From the NCBI GenBank assembly GCA_016840515.1, contig JAEOSF010000036.1, forward strand, positions 3,959 to 35,958: a stretch of 32,000 bases of DNA, given 5' to 3'. The notes beneath the pieces were generated by a model. That model worked only from the letters and a program-made list of their open reading frames with translations, was not told where the DNA came from and did no database searches. The stretch's first letter is position 1; every line of letters begins with the position of its first letter. Source of the stretch: Candidatus Borrarchaeum yapensis (GTDB lineage Archaea; Asgardarchaeota; Sifarchaeia; Borrarchaeales; Borrarchaeaceae). This document shows positions 1 through 10,793 of the stretch, one piece after another. Both the position numbers and the translations under genes were made by a program.

Positions 1-90
1 AACGGCCATAGAACTCGATGATATTGAAAGTTGGAGAGGTTCATTATCAACATAAATATTGAGCACTGAAGATAGTATGCTACCTCTTAG

Positions 91-924
91 GTGAGTAAAC
101 TGGCAAAAAATTGGATTAGAATGATGGGTACTACTAAGACACCTATTGTAAACAAACGAAAACACTTCTTCTATAAAATTGGTGTTGTAACAATACATGG
201 TCGTCCAAGAATCGTGGGGAAACTCAAGAAAGGAGAACAGCGTGTCCCTAAAAAGTACAGAGCTTGGTATGGAGATATTGAGTTTCTAATCCCTGAGCAT
301 AAACTTGATGAGGCACTCGCAATTGACAGCATTGGGAGATATATCTATGAGGGAATGGGGCAAATCGCATGGAAAACAGCAAACAAAATCAAGAAACCCC
401 TTTATACCCCAAGAAAAATCAAGACTCGTAAAAAAATTCCTAAACTTTCTGATGCGCAAGAAAAATTGATTATAGCTATGCTTCTCCATGATTTCGTAAA
501 TACTGAACGGCATTCCAGCAAAATTTACACTGAAGTCACTATAGTTGACGAGGAAGTATATAATCTTGTGAAAAATCATCATAATTACGAGATGGATGAT
601 AGAAAACTCCCTCTGCTCTCACTGCTCCAATACTATGATAGAATTTCTGCTGCCATTTCTCGAAAATTCAGATGGACCGCGTTATCGCGCTACGGCGCTG
701 AAGAAACCGAAAAAATAGATTTTGATGCGCTAAAAAGAGAGATTGAACTGTGTCAATATTCCCCTTATGCACTTTATACCTTTGTTAAAAAATGTCAAGA
801 CCTTGATAAAATCAATGAATCTTTCAGATTTGGCTTCTCTTCTTTAAAGAATCACTTACTCCTCATGGTTAACTTGTATCTTGATGATAAACAAGACGGT
901 ATGCTTTCTGCAATCAGCAGATAG
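91..924 (+). CDS. hypothetical basic protein (GTG start)
   Basis: 277-aa ORF, Lys/Arg-rich N-terminus, no family motif I recognise. Followed by the hairpin GGAGAAGGG..CCCCUUCUC plus a T-run near 1053-1092. Confidence 0.5.
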   Translation: MSKLAKNWIRMMGTTKTPIVNKRKHFFYKIGVVTIHGRPRIVGKLKKGEQRVPKKYRAWYGDIEFLIPEHKLDEALAIDSIGRYIYEGMGQIAWKTANKIKKPLYTPRKIKTRKKIPKLSDAQEKLIIAMLLHDFVNTERHSSKIYTEVTIVDEEVYNLVKNHHNYEMDDRKLPLLSLLQYYDRISAAISRKFRWTALSRYGAEETEKIDFDALKREIELCQYSPYALYTFVKKCQDLDKINESFRFGFSSLKNHLLLMVNLYLDDKQDGMLSAISR

Positions 925-1469
925 CACGTTCTTGTGCATGAGACCACTCATCTATAAAGGTCTGACGCCTTTGGTGGGCAGGGATGACTCGCAGGGGACG
1001 ATAAATGTCGTAAACATTTCGCCAAGTCTCTTCAAGCCTTTTTTAACAAAAAAAGGAGAAGGGACTTTCCCCTTCTCTCTAATGTTTTTTAGAAACAAAG
1101 CAAAGTACCATAGAAATGCCAACAATTTGCCAACCTATCTACAACTCGTCAATATCTAGAATGGAATATATGGCACAGCTCAATGTCTTGATAGTTTTGC
1201 CTTCTTGTCACATATTTATCTCACATTTGTCCCATATTTGTCCCAAATTCTTATACAGGTACAAATTGACTAAATTTCAAAAGGAAGCGTAAACTTTTTA
1301 GAGTCATTATATTAGGGTTGGTGAAAAATAAATCTCTCAAAAAATTGAGAAATGAATGTTGCAGAGATTTCAAAACGATTGGAAATTTTAAACTTCAACA
1401 ATCTGAATTATTCATTAGAAATGTTTCAAAAATCATTAAAAGAACAATAATGTTGAAAGAAAAAAGAGG

Positions 1470-2822
1470 ATGAAAAATATGGTAACTACTGAAGTTGGTG
1501 ATACTTTTGAAGTACGTGATCTTTCACTTGCAGAAGAAGGAAAAAACCTCATCGAATGGGCAGAATTACACATGCCGGTGCTTCGAAAAATTCGTGAACG
1601 TTTTATAAATGAAAAACCTCTCCAAGACGTTCGAGTCGGTTGCTGTCTTCATATCACAAAAGAAACGGCAGTTTTAGGACAAACACTTAAAGCTGGAGGT
1701 GCAAAAGTTTTCCTCTGTGCATCAAATCCTTTAAGCACTACTGATGAAGTAGCTGCTGCATTAGCAGAAGAAGATGGCATTCACGTGTACGCGTGGAAAT
1801 TTATGGATACTGAAGGTTACTATAGATCGATTTCCAATGTTATCAAGAATGAGCCCCACATTAGCGTTGATGACGGTGCCGACCTAGTTGGAATCTTGCA
1901 TAAAATGAAAAGAGGAGAACAAGCCCCAGAGTTAGATATAGTAAAAAAGGTGTTAGGGGAAAGAATAGATTGGATTGATAATGTGTGGGCTGGTGCAGAA
2001 GAAACAACCACAGGTGTAATACGCCTTAGAGCGATGGCAGCGGACGGTGCAATGCTTTATCCTATTCTTGCAACAAATGATACTCCAACAAAGTGGGATT
2101 ATGATAATTATATCGGCACAGGTCAGAGCACAATTGACGGTGTTTTGAGAGCTACAGCAGATTTACTAGCTGGAAAGGTCTTTGTGGTTGCAGGGTACGG
2201 ACGTTGTGGACGAGGAATAGCGATGAGAGCAAAGGGCATGGGCGCAAGACGTGTCATAATAGTAGAAGTAAAACCGCATAAGGTACTTACTGCCGCCCTT
2301 GAAGGCATGGATGTTATGCCAATAAAAGAGGCTGCTAAAGTAGGAGATATCTTTGTAACAGCAACAGGTTGCAAGAACGTAATTGCACGGGAACATATGG
2401 AATTAATGAAAGATGGCGCAGTTCTAGCGAACTCTGGACACTTCAACGTGGAGATCGAAATACCTGCGCTTGAAGAAATTGCTGTGGAAAAGAAACAGAT
2501 TCGCCCTCTTGTGGATCAATTTACCTTAAAAGATGGTAGAAGGATATTTCTATTAGCCGACGGAAGGCTTGTTAACTTGGCAGCTGCTGAAGGACATCCC
2601 TCTGAGGTCATGGATATGAGCTTCTCCGATCAAGCACTAGCGGTTGAATGGATTAGCAAGAATAAAGATGATCTTAAAAACAGAGGTGGAGTCGTTATTG
2701 ACATTCCTAGAGAAATAGACGATCAGGTAGCTCAACTAAAATGTGAAGTAATGGGTCTAAAGTATGATGTACTCACACCAGAGCAAGATAAGTATCTAAA
2801 AAGTTGGGAAGAAGGTACATAG
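1470..2822 (+). CDS. ahcY: S-adenosyl-L-homocysteine hydrolase
   Basis: Motifs typical of SAHH: HMPVL, CLHITKETAVL, DDGADL, EETTTGV, and the NAD-binding GYGRCGRG. Confidence 0.95.
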   Translation: MKNMVTTEVGDTFEVRDLSLAEEGKNLIEWAELHMPVLRKIRERFINEKPLQDVRVGCCLHITKETAVLGQTLKAGGAKVFLCASNPLSTTDEVAAALAEEDGIHVYAWKFMDTEGYYRSISNVIKNEPHISVDDGADLVGILHKMKRGEQAPELDIVKKVLGERIDWIDNVWAGAEETTTGVIRLRAMAADGAMLYPILATNDTPTKWDYDNYIGTGQSTIDGVLRATADLLAGKVFVVAGYGRCGRGIAMRAKGMGARRVIIVEVKPHKVLTAALEGMDVMPIKEAAKVGDIFVTATGCKNVIAREHMELMKDGAVLANSGHFNVEIEIPALEEIAVEKKQIRPLVDQFTLKDGRRIFLLADGRLVNLAAAEGHPSEVMDMSFSDQALAVEWISKNKDDLKNRGGVVIDIPREIDDQVAQLKCEVMGLKYDVLTPEQDKYLKSWEEGT

Positions 2823-2859
2823 TGATTGCTTGTAACACCTCACACCTTCTTTTTCAATT

Positions 2860-4929
2860 TTAAGTTATTTTTGAACCTGGACGAAGAGGCTGATCAACCA
2901 TTAGAAGGCCTAAAGCACCTGTTTGCGGATCTTCTGCTGCTAAGAGCATTCCATTAGATTTTAGGCCACGGATTTCTGCCGGTTTAAGATTAACTAGTAC
3001 TATAATCTGTTTATTCACTAATTCTTCTGGTTTATAGTAGCCGATTAGTGATGAGACAATTTGCCGCGTTCCAAGCTCGGCACCTAGATCTACTTCCATG
3101 CGAATTAATTTTTCAGTACCTTCAACATGCTCTGCTACAACAACTTTTCCTACACGCATATCTAATGTTTTGAAGTCATCAAACGTAATGAGTGGAGTGG
3201 GTTCAGAAGGTTCAACTAGTGTTGCTTGTAACGTTTCTTCTTGAGCCTTTATTATTTTGTCATCTATCTTGGCGAACAGGGGTTCAGGGTCTTCTACGAT
3301 TTTATGCCCTGCTGGAAATCCTTCAAGGGCTGCGTCCCAGGTCTGTTCGTGCACAGAATCCTCAAAATTCAGATCTTTCCACAATCTTTCTGCTGCAAAA
3401 GGTAAGTACGGTTCCATAAAAATAGTAAGTGCTCTAACTACTTTTGCACACACACCAAGCGTAGTTTTTGCCTTTTCTGGTGCCTCTTTTATCGCTTTCC
3501 ATGGGGCTTTATCATTAAAGTATTTATTGCACTTATGCGTGAAGTCCATGATGCTTGTTAAACCAGTACGGAGTTCAAAAGACTCTATACTTTTTTCAAT
3601 ATTCTTTTGCAGTTCGCCAAGATGTTCTAAAAACTTGTTATCGGCTTCATCGAGATCATTGATTTCTTGGACTACACTGTCAAAGAAGCGATTGGTAAAA
3701 GTAAGCGTTCTGTGAATGAAATTTCCGAGATCTGAAACAAGTTCATTATTTACTTTTGTTTGATACTCTTTCCATTTGAAGTCTGCATCTTCCAAAAGAT
3801 TAGAGTAACTAATCCAGTAATATCGTAAGGTATCAGGATCAAAGTAATCTAGGAATTCAGTGAGTCCGACGTACCAGCCTCTACCTTTGGACATTTTGCG
3901 TCCTTCAAGGTTTCCATATCCATATGTGGGGATTTTGGTAGGTACTCGATGGCCAGAGCCCATCAGTTCGGTAGGCCAAAAAAGCGCATGATGGTATACT
4001 ATCCCTTTTCCAATGAAGTGAATTAATTCAGTACCTTTTTCCTCTGCAAGATCCTTTAACCAAAATTCTTTCCATTTCAATTCATCTTTCGCCACCTCGA
4101 TTGCCCACTCCATTGTAGAAGTCTTGTAACCAAGAAAAGCGTCAAACCAAACATAAACAACCTTTCCTTCAGCATTATCGAGGGGAACGGGAACACCCCA
4201 GTCTAAATCACGAGTTATACAGATATCTTCCAGGCCAGGTTCCAGATATTGCCCAATTAAATATTCCTTACCGTAAACTGGCAGTACATCTTCCTCTTCT
4301 AGCCATTTTCTTAATTTTTCTGCAAAATTTGAAAGTTTAAGATACCAGTGCTTGCTTACTTCAATTAAGGTCGCTTCGCCGCAGAGCTTACAATGTGGAT
4401 ACAACAGTTCACCCTCATGAAGGGCTCGACCGCAACTGTCACATTCATCTCCTCGTGCGTGATCAAACCCGCAATAAGGGCATTTTCCTTCTACATATCT
4501 ATCTGGTAAGAATCTCTTATCATTAGGACAATAGGGGAGCGAAAGATCCTTCTCATAGATGTGTCCTGCTTCGTATAGCTTCAAAAATACCTCTTGAGTA
4601 GTTTTATAATGTAGTTTTCTACTTGTTCTCGAAAAATTATCAAATGAAATACCTAGGCGTTTGAAATCATTTGCATCCTGCTCATAGTATTTTGTAGCAA
4701 CCTCAATTGGCGTAACGCCCTCTTCTTCAGCCCGTATACTAATAGGTGTACCATGTTCGTCTGTCCCACTTACGAATACTATTTCATGGCCTTTTAATCT
4801 GCAATAACGAACATAGATGTCTCCCGGGATATATGTACTCCGTGCATGAGCTATATGCAACTCAGAATTAGCGTATGGGAGAGCACATGTCACGAGAATC
4901 TTTCTTTTTTTCAATACTACCACCTTCAT
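2860..4929 (-). CDS. metG: methionyl-tRNA synthetase with C-terminal tRNA-binding (Trbp111/EMAP-like) domain
   Basis: HIGH-type motif (PYANSELHIAHA), KMSKGRG (KMSKS), Cys knuckles CPYCG..CDSCG, and a C-terminal OB-fold tail (DMRVGKVV..NLKP..G..S.GM). Confidence 0.96.
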   Translation of the reverse strand: MKVVVLKKRKILVTCALPYANSELHIAHARSTYIPGDIYVRYCRLKGHEIVFVSGTDEHGTPISIRAEEEGVTPIEVATKYYEQDANDFKRLGISFDNFSRTSRKLHYKTTQEVFLKLYEAGHIYEKDLSLPYCPNDKRFLPDRYVEGKCPYCGFDHARGDECDSCGRALHEGELLYPHCKLCGEATLIEVSKHWYLKLSNFAEKLRKWLEEEDVLPVYGKEYLIGQYLEPGLEDICITRDLDWGVPVPLDNAEGKVVYVWFDAFLGYKTSTMEWAIEVAKDELKWKEFWLKDLAEEKGTELIHFIGKGIVYHHALFWPTELMGSGHRVPTKIPTYGYGNLEGRKMSKGRGWYVGLTEFLDYFDPDTLRYYWISYSNLLEDADFKWKEYQTKVNNELVSDLGNFIHRTLTFTNRFFDSVVQEINDLDEADNKFLEHLGELQKNIEKSIESFELRTGLTSIMDFTHKCNKYFNDKAPWKAIKEAPEKAKTTLGVCAKVVRALTIFMEPYLPFAAERLWKDLNFEDSVHEQTWDAALEGFPAGHKIVEDPEPLFAKIDDKIIKAQEETLQATLVEPSEPTPLITFDDFKTLDMRVGKVVVAEHVEGTEKLIRMEVDLGAELGTRQIVSSLIGYYKPEELVNKQIIVLVNLKPAEIRGLKSNGMLLAAEDPQTGALGLLMVDQPLRPGSKIT

Positions 4930-5201
4930 AACTCATGTTCGTTTATGGCGAGGTTCTTGACATATTTAAATCTTGTAACTATTCTGCTAGTTTTTGATAA
5001 GCGTAAATTAAACACCACATAAAACTTTGATCATTTTAAATTTTTTCTGCATGTGGAGTTCTATGAACAGTTTTTTTTATGATATAATTTAAGGTCCTTG
5101 AAGGAGAAAAGCAAAGGTATGTTTGGAAAAATTTGAGGAAAAGTGCTTAACTAGAAATGGCAAGAAATGTGATCAAATACCTTTCTCTTTTTTGTCAATA
5201 C

Positions 5202-5870
5202 TCAAGCTGGCGTTGGCACTAGAATTATTAGAAGATTTGTAACTGCTTGATATCCAAACCACAATCCAAATGCAATTAGAATTATACCACACACAAGAGA
5301 TACATATTTTAGAAATTTACCACCTAACCGTCTTCCTCCCTTTCCTAAAATAGCGGAAAGAACGAAAAACCAGAGAACGACTCCTACGACGACAAAGAAA
5401 CTGTAGAAGAGAGCACTCAATTGGGTATCTCCACCAATTACTGAGGAAAGATAGGATCCAAAAATACCAATCCAAAAAATGATAGTGATTGGATTAGCAA
5501 CGGTAATCAAGTAACCCGCTGGAAATGACCATCGTATTGACATTCTTTTGGAGTTATTTGCTTCTTTTGACTGCAGGTCAATTTCTTTAAACCGGAAAAA
5601 ATCTTTAATGGCTAAAAAACCCAAATAGATCAAAACTATACATCCGAAAATCCAGATCGCTATTTTAACCGGTGGGAATAGGAATAAAACAGAAAGACCG
5701 AAAAACACAATCAGTAGATATGTTGAATCGGCTGCGGCAGCTCCCAAACCGGTTAAAAATCCATGATAAAACCCATTTAAACCGCGTTTGAAAACTTCAG
5801 TCGTTGTTGGACCCACTGGAGCCGCTAAGGATATCCCAATAAGAATAGCGATGAGAATTTCTGTAATCAT
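5202..5870 (-). CDS. LysE/RhtB family amino-acid exporter
   Basis: 222-aa multi-pass membrane protein with a LysE-like N-terminus (ISLAAPVGPTT) and a central charged loop. Confidence 0.8.
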   Translation of the reverse strand: MITEILIAILIGISLAAPVGPTTTEVFKRGLNGFYHGFLTGLGAAAADSTYLLIVFFGLSVLFLFPPVKIAIWIFGCIVLIYLGFLAIKDFFRFKEIDLQSKEANNSKRMSIRWSFPAGYLITVANPITIIFWIGIFGSYLSSVIGGDTQLSALFYSFFVVVGVVLWFFVLSAILGKGGRRLGGKFLKYVSLVCGIILIAFGLWFGYQAVTNLLIILVPTPA

Positions 5871-5938
5871 ACCTCGCTATCTAATACGGTTTTTTAAAAA
5901 CCTTTACATTCTGACGACTATCTTCGTTTAGTTTTGTC

Positions 5939-6790
5939 CTATTTTTCGTATGCGGGTTTAATTTCGATTCTATGATCGGGATATGCGATTTTTGGGCGTT
6001 TTATTATAAAAGAATCTTCAAGATCTTCGCACATACGTCTTGCCACGCTGATTGGTATACCAAGAGCCATGTACTTGGCCGGAAACCATGCATTTCCAGT
6101 GGGATCGACAGGTCCCGTGAATACTGAGTCATAAGGCGCATTTTTTGCCATACCTGCAGGATATGTAACGAAGGTTGCGCATGATGGTCCCCATGGTGTA
6201 AGAACTGAATAAAAAGGATTTAAACTTCTGAAATGGATGAGAGTACATAAATTTCTTATCTGTTCGCCTATGCCGAAACAAACTATGGATCTAACACCGG
6301 GATCTTCTCCTGAAAGGTCTTCACAGGCTTGAAATACGATAAATTTTCCAGGAGGCGTTATTTTGCCTATTGATTTGACGCTATCTTCGACAATCTCAGG
6401 TGTAGCCTTCAAATATTCTGCAGCACCGTTTCTGAAATCTTTGGAACCTATAGATACGAAATATTTTATATAAGGAGGAAAATCCTTAAACCCGAACCAT
6501 GCTTGTCCTCCCGGACAACATCCTTCAAGCGTTTCGTGCCCCATGTAAAGCAGGGTTGCGTCTTCACGAACTGCCGTAGTCAAGATAGCCCTAGCGATAC
6601 ACCGACTGATTGAAGCTACAGGCATTGCGTTATCAGGAGACGTTTCCGAACCATACACGCATATTGGTCTCGCAACCAATTTACCCGCTTTTGTGAGTTT
6701 GATGCCGATTTCTTTAATTGATAAATCAGACAAAACCATCACCAGTGTCAGTTGTTTATAAGAATGAACATTAGAATTAAGTTTAAGCAT
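5939..6790 (-). CDS. conserved hypothetical protein (tentatively DUF169/COG2043-like)
   Basis: 283-aa ORF with good coding character and Cys-containing motifs (CCPGGQAWFGF, GPSCATFV). The family assignment is from memory only. Confidence 0.55.
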   Translation of the reverse strand: MLKLNSNVHSYKQLTLVMVLSDLSIKEIGIKLTKAGKLVARPICVYGSETSPDNAMPVASISRCIARAILTTAVREDATLLYMGHETLEGCCPGGQAWFGFKDFPPYIKYFVSIGSKDFRNGAAEYLKATPEIVEDSVKSIGKITPPGKFIVFQACEDLSGEDPGVRSIVCFGIGEQIRNLCTLIHFRSLNPFYSVLTPWGPSCATFVTYPAGMAKNAPYDSVFTGPVDPTGNAWFPAKYMALGIPISVARRMCEDLEDSFIIKRPKIAYPDHRIEIKPAYEK

Positions 6791-6839
6791 TATTTCCTTT
6801 ATTTATAGTTCATGAAAAAGAGAAAATGAGGCGATTAAA

Positions 6840-7220
6840 ATGAAAAAAGAAGTTATTGTTTCAGATAAAATTCCTAAGCCAATTGCTCCGTATAGCCCTG
6901 GCATAAAAGCTGGGAATTTTGTGTTCGCATCAGGACAAGTTGCGTTTGATCCGCTAACAGGAGAAATAGTAGGCAGTTCAACTGCTGAACAAACGGAACA
7001 AGCATTAAAAAACCTTAGAGACGTCCTTGAGGCTGCTGGAAGTTCTTTAGAACATGTAGTTAAAACAACGGTCTTTTTAAGTGACTTGAATGATTTCAAA
7101 GAAATGAATGGAGTATATGGGAAATTCTTTGAAAATAATCCTCCAGCGCGAAGCACAGTTCAAGCAGGTCTTGTTCTAGAACTTAAAGTTGAAATCGAAG
7201 CGATTGCTATAATTCCATAA
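6840..7220 (+). CDS. ridA: RidA/YjgF/TdcF family reactive-intermediate deaminase
   Basis: 126 aa. APYSPGIKAGNFVFASGQ and the C-terminal PARSTVQ..L....VEIE are typical of the family. Confidence 0.92.
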   Translation: MKKEVIVSDKIPKPIAPYSPGIKAGNFVFASGQVAFDPLTGEIVGSSTAEQTEQALKNLRDVLEAAGSSLEHVVKTTVFLSDLNDFKEMNGVYGKFFENNPPARSTVQAGLVLELKVEIEAIAIIP

Positions 7221-7580
7221 ACTGCTTTTGATTCAAAATATATTCAAATTCCACATTTCTTTCTTTTTCAGCGTCTTGATAGTATGACTTGCTTAATTCG
7301 GAAGTTTTTAGAAGATTAAAAAGAACTCAATGTACACTATGAGGTGGATATACTGTCTAAAGAAAAAGAATCATGTTCTTTTAGAGGATGAGGCGGTAGT
7401 CCTTGGACATGGATCATTGTCTTCGCAGTACTAGTGTTACTCATTCTCTTGTCGTTTTTATCATAAAAAATCTCAAGAATAAATAGAATGAAAAAGCCTC
7501 TAAAACGTGGGGGGCTTTGGACGGCGGGTGCAACTCGCCCTTTAATTCACCGAGATGAAAAAAAAGAGAAAAAAGAACTT

Positions 7581-8819
7581 CTAAGTAAGTATATCATGAA
7601 AAGTGAGAAGTTCAATATCAAGAGGCTTTTTTGTGATGTTTCCCAGTCTTGCACCAATGAGGTATTTGATTTGTTTTTCGGAAGCGATGTCTGATAATCG
7701 TTGTGTGATGACACCATCAAACACAATCGCATGTACTCCCTCTATTGATTGAAGTTTATTAGTGAGTTCTGAGACTGGCATTGAATCTATTGAACTAAAT
7801 TCTTCACCAAATAAAACGGCTTCGGAGGTTTCTGTAATATTCTCTGCACAATCTATAAGAGGTTCCGGTACTTTGGGGGTCTTTTTCTTCTTTTTAATAC
7901 TTTCTTTTGTGGGTTTTTTTACACTTTTTACTTCCATACGTGGTTTGTCTTGACCTTCGAGATATTGTTCAATGGGTATTTTGTTCCGAAGTTCTTTGAT
8001 AATTTCTTTTCGTGACAATTCTTCAACTTCTCTATTCGGTGGAGCGCGAGCAACATAGTCTATTTCTGTAAGCTGCAGCAGTTCTTTGAGGACAAGTTCG
8101 CCACCTCTGTCTCCATCTACGAATGCAATAGCATTTTTCTTTCGTGAGAGAGTGACAATAGTATCTGGGATAGATGTACCTTCAACAGCAATCACATTGC
8201 GGAAACCATGCTTAAGAAGGTTTAATACGTCAGCTCGCCCTTCTACAATAATAATAGTCTCCGATTCGTTGATTTCTGGTCCAGCAGGAAGTTGATCCTT
8301 TCCATATTTGATGATGACTCCTAAACGTGCCGCTTTGATAACTTCTTCACTTATCCTCTGACTCTCAGGGATAACATCATCTTCCCAAGCTCTAAGGATT
8401 TGTGTTGCCCGATTTATGATATTTTTACGCTTCTCATCACGTACATCTTCTATTTTCGCCATGCTGACATGTGCTAAACATGGGCCAACTCTATCAACCG
8501 TTTCAAGAGCGGCCGTTAAAATGGCAGTTTCAATTTTATCTAAACTTGAAGGAATGGTAATGATTCCGGTTGATTTCCCGCCTTTTGAATCAATACTAAC
8601 TTGAATTCTGCCAATGCGACCTGTCTTTTGAAGTTCACGAATATCTAATTCTTCGCCAAGTAAACCTTCTGTTTGACCAAAGATCGCGCCAACGACGTCT
8701 GACTTCTCAACCACTCCGTCAACTTCTATTTTTGCACGAACAACATATTTTGTCGTGCTATAAGATTCAAAATTCTCATTCATAATTAACATCCTCCATT
8801 TTTCAAAAAGAGATTTCAC
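7581..8819 (-). CDS. dnaG: archaeal DnaG-type primase (Toprim), GTG start
   Basis: The N-terminal KYVVRAKIEVDGVVEKSDVVGAIFGQTEGLLG block is characteristic of archaeal DnaG. Toprim motifs IIVEGRADV and DGDRGG are present, plus a Lys-rich linker. Confidence 0.92.
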   Translation of the reverse strand: MKSLFEKWRMLIMNENFESYSTTKYVVRAKIEVDGVVEKSDVVGAIFGQTEGLLGEELDIRELQKTGRIGRIQVSIDSKGGKSTGIITIPSSLDKIETAILTAALETVDRVGPCLAHVSMAKIEDVRDEKRKNIINRATQILRAWEDDVIPESQRISEEVIKAARLGVIIKYGKDQLPAGPEINESETIIIVEGRADVLNLLKHGFRNVIAVEGTSIPDTIVTLSRKKNAIAFVDGDRGGELVLKELLQLTEIDYVARAPPNREVEELSRKEIIKELRNKIPIEQYLEGQDKPRMEVKSVKKPTKESIKKKKKTPKVPEPLIDCAENITETSEAVLFGEEFSSIDSMPVSELTNKLQSIEGVHAIVFDGVITQRLSDIASEKQIKYLIGARLGNITKKPLDIELLTFHDILT

Positions 8820-9017
8820 TACATTTTACAATGGATCGAAATACTCGATAATGCTCAATTTGAAAGTGAAATTAATTTTAAGGTATAACGTAAACTAAAT
8901 CGTTCTTTAACTCTCCTCCTATTTATGATATGATTTGCTAATGTAATTTTTACTTATGTAAAGGGAATTATAACGGCTATCTTTACGTTATTTTGTGGAA
9001 CTGCTCACATTATAACT

Positions 9018-9458
9018 TTAATCCTTACCGATAGTATGTTGACTCGGTACTTGGAGTTTTGAGACTAACGAACTGAGGCTTTCAACATCTTTTGTCAGTC
9101 GACTAAACACTTTTTTCATTTTGAGCCAATGTACTAAATCGGCTTTACAACGCTTTGATTCTAGATGACTTGCCAGTTTTTTTGAAAGTTTTTCTCCTTG
9201 ATCATCGAAGTCTGCTAAGAGTATAATTCGATTATAATGTTCGAGTTGCTCTGCGACTTCAAATATAGGGTCCCCAATATTAACGCAATGAATAGGACCC
9301 CGTATACCAAGTGCACGCAAGGACGCTTTGTCTTTTTTTCCTTCCACAATAATCGGTGTGCCACTGTTTGCGTCAACAATTAAGTCGTGAAGGACATTGT
9401 CCATTTTTTCGGTCCAGTTTTGTGAAGGAAACTGATTAGTTTTCTTTTTTCTTGACAA
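9018..9458 (-). CDS. small Toprim-domain protein (RNase M5-like, COG1658 type)
   Basis: 146 aa with IIVEGKKDKASLRALGI and LLADFDDQGE Toprim motifs. Confidence 0.78.
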   Translation of the reverse strand: MSRKKKTNQFPSQNWTEKMDNVLHDLIVDANSGTPIIVEGKKDKASLRALGIRGPIHCVNIGDPIFEVAEQLEHYNRIILLADFDDQGEKLSKKLASHLESKRCKADLVHWLKMKKVFSRLTKDVESLSSLVSKLQVPSQHTIGKD

Positions 9459-9708
9459 TTGTGATGCATCTGCTTTTTAGTATTTAAATGGGTAATTTTT
9501 AGCACATTATAATAGATCATAATCGCATTTACGCATTTGCACGATTCGTATCTCTTAATTTAAAAGAATACCCGTAGCTTTATAAAGCTACTGAAAGCAG
9601 TATCTTGCAGACGAGCACGATGCAAGGATTATATCAATTCATCAAGGCATCGAAGATGATTATATTTAAGTTAATGACGAAGGCAAAAATCAAAGAAAGG
9701 CGAGAAAC

Positions 9709-10734
9709 GTGGAAATTCCTGAGATAATCACCCGAAATCTGGAAGAAATCCTAACAGAAGAAGAACTAATCGAATTACTAAGATCTAAAAAGAAGATTAG
9801 GACATACGTTGGCTATGAAACAAGTGGATTTGTCCACATTGGGACTGCATCTACGGCTTTAAAGCAGTTAGACTTTTATAACGCAGGATGGGAAGTTGTA
9901 GTTCTTTTAGCAGACCTTCATACATTTTTAAATTCAAAAGGATCGAAAGAATGGATTGAAAGCATGATAGATTATTGGAGAGAAGTTTTCAAAGCCTTGG
10001 GATTGAAAAAAGCTGAATATGTCACAGGGTCTGAGTTCGAATATGAACCAAAATATGTTCTTGATCTATTAAGATCGACGCTTCTTACAACCCAAACACG
10101 AGCACGACGCAGTATGGATGTAATTAGTAAAGAAATGGATGATCCAAAGGTGGCTCAACTTGTATATCCTCTCATGCAGTCTTTAGATATTGGTGCACTT
10201 AACCTTGATGTAGCTCATGGTGGGATGGAACAACGAAAAATCCATGTACTTGCCCGTGAGATCTTACCAAAATTGGGTTATAAGAAACCAGTATGTGTTC
10301 ATGGCACATTACTTTCATCTATAAAGGGTCCTGGAGAAAAAATGAGTTCAAGTAAGCCAGAAACCGTTATTCTTGTCCATGAAAAGCCAGAAAGCATAAG
10401 AAAAAAACTGCAAGACGCTTATTGTGTTAAAGGACAAGAGGAAGATAATTTTCCACTTGATGTTGTGAAAATGATTATATTTCCTGTACTTGGAGAATTA
10501 ACTGTTATTCGGCCTGAAAAATTCGGTGGTGATGTACGCTACAATCGAGTAGAAGATATTGTTACGGACTTCGTACAAGAAAAACTGCATCCACTGGATT
10601 TGAAGAAAGCAGTAGCAGAAGCAACAATAAAGGTTTTCGCTGAAGTTAGAGATATGATTGATTCAAATAGAGACCTTCTTGAACCTTTAAAAGAAAATTA
10701 TGGTGCAGAATTAGTTAAAGAAATGAGTGTCTAA
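9709..10734 (+). CDS. tyrS: tyrosyl-tRNA synthetase (archaeal type), GTG start
   Basis: Class I motifs GYETSGFVHIGT (HIGH region), LADLHTFLN and KMSSSKP (KMSKS). TrpRS is less likely given the LADLH context. Confidence 0.88.
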   Translation: MEIPEIITRNLEEILTEEELIELLRSKKKIRTYVGYETSGFVHIGTASTALKQLDFYNAGWEVVVLLADLHTFLNSKGSKEWIESMIDYWREVFKALGLKKAEYVTGSEFEYEPKYVLDLLRSTLLTTQTRARRSMDVISKEMDDPKVAQLVYPLMQSLDIGALNLDVAHGGMEQRKIHVLAREILPKLGYKKPVCVHGTLLSSIKGPGEKMSSSKPETVILVHEKPESIRKKLQDAYCVKGQEEDNFPLDVVKMIIFPVLGELTVIRPEKFGGDVRYNRVEDIVTDFVQEKLHPLDLKKAVAEATIKVFAEVRDMIDSNRDLLEPLKENYGAELVKEMSV

Positions 10735-10793
10735 AATATTCCCTTTTCTGTTTTGTTCAATTTTTTCTTCATTCAAGAAGAAAATAGAGGGAT

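Noticed and set aside
881-1159. 92-aa ORF and a GC-richer patch (about 930-1020) examined for a C/D box sRNA or tRNA
   Set aside because: The ORF spans the terminator hairpin of the upstream gene. The box C/D matches (AUGAGAC, CUGA) are partial and wrongly spaced, and there is no cloverleaf.
7488-7694. 68-aa ORF on the plus strand
   Set aside because: It overlaps the 3' end of dnaG on the opposite strand and is Lys-rich from an A-tract, so it is unlikely to be real.
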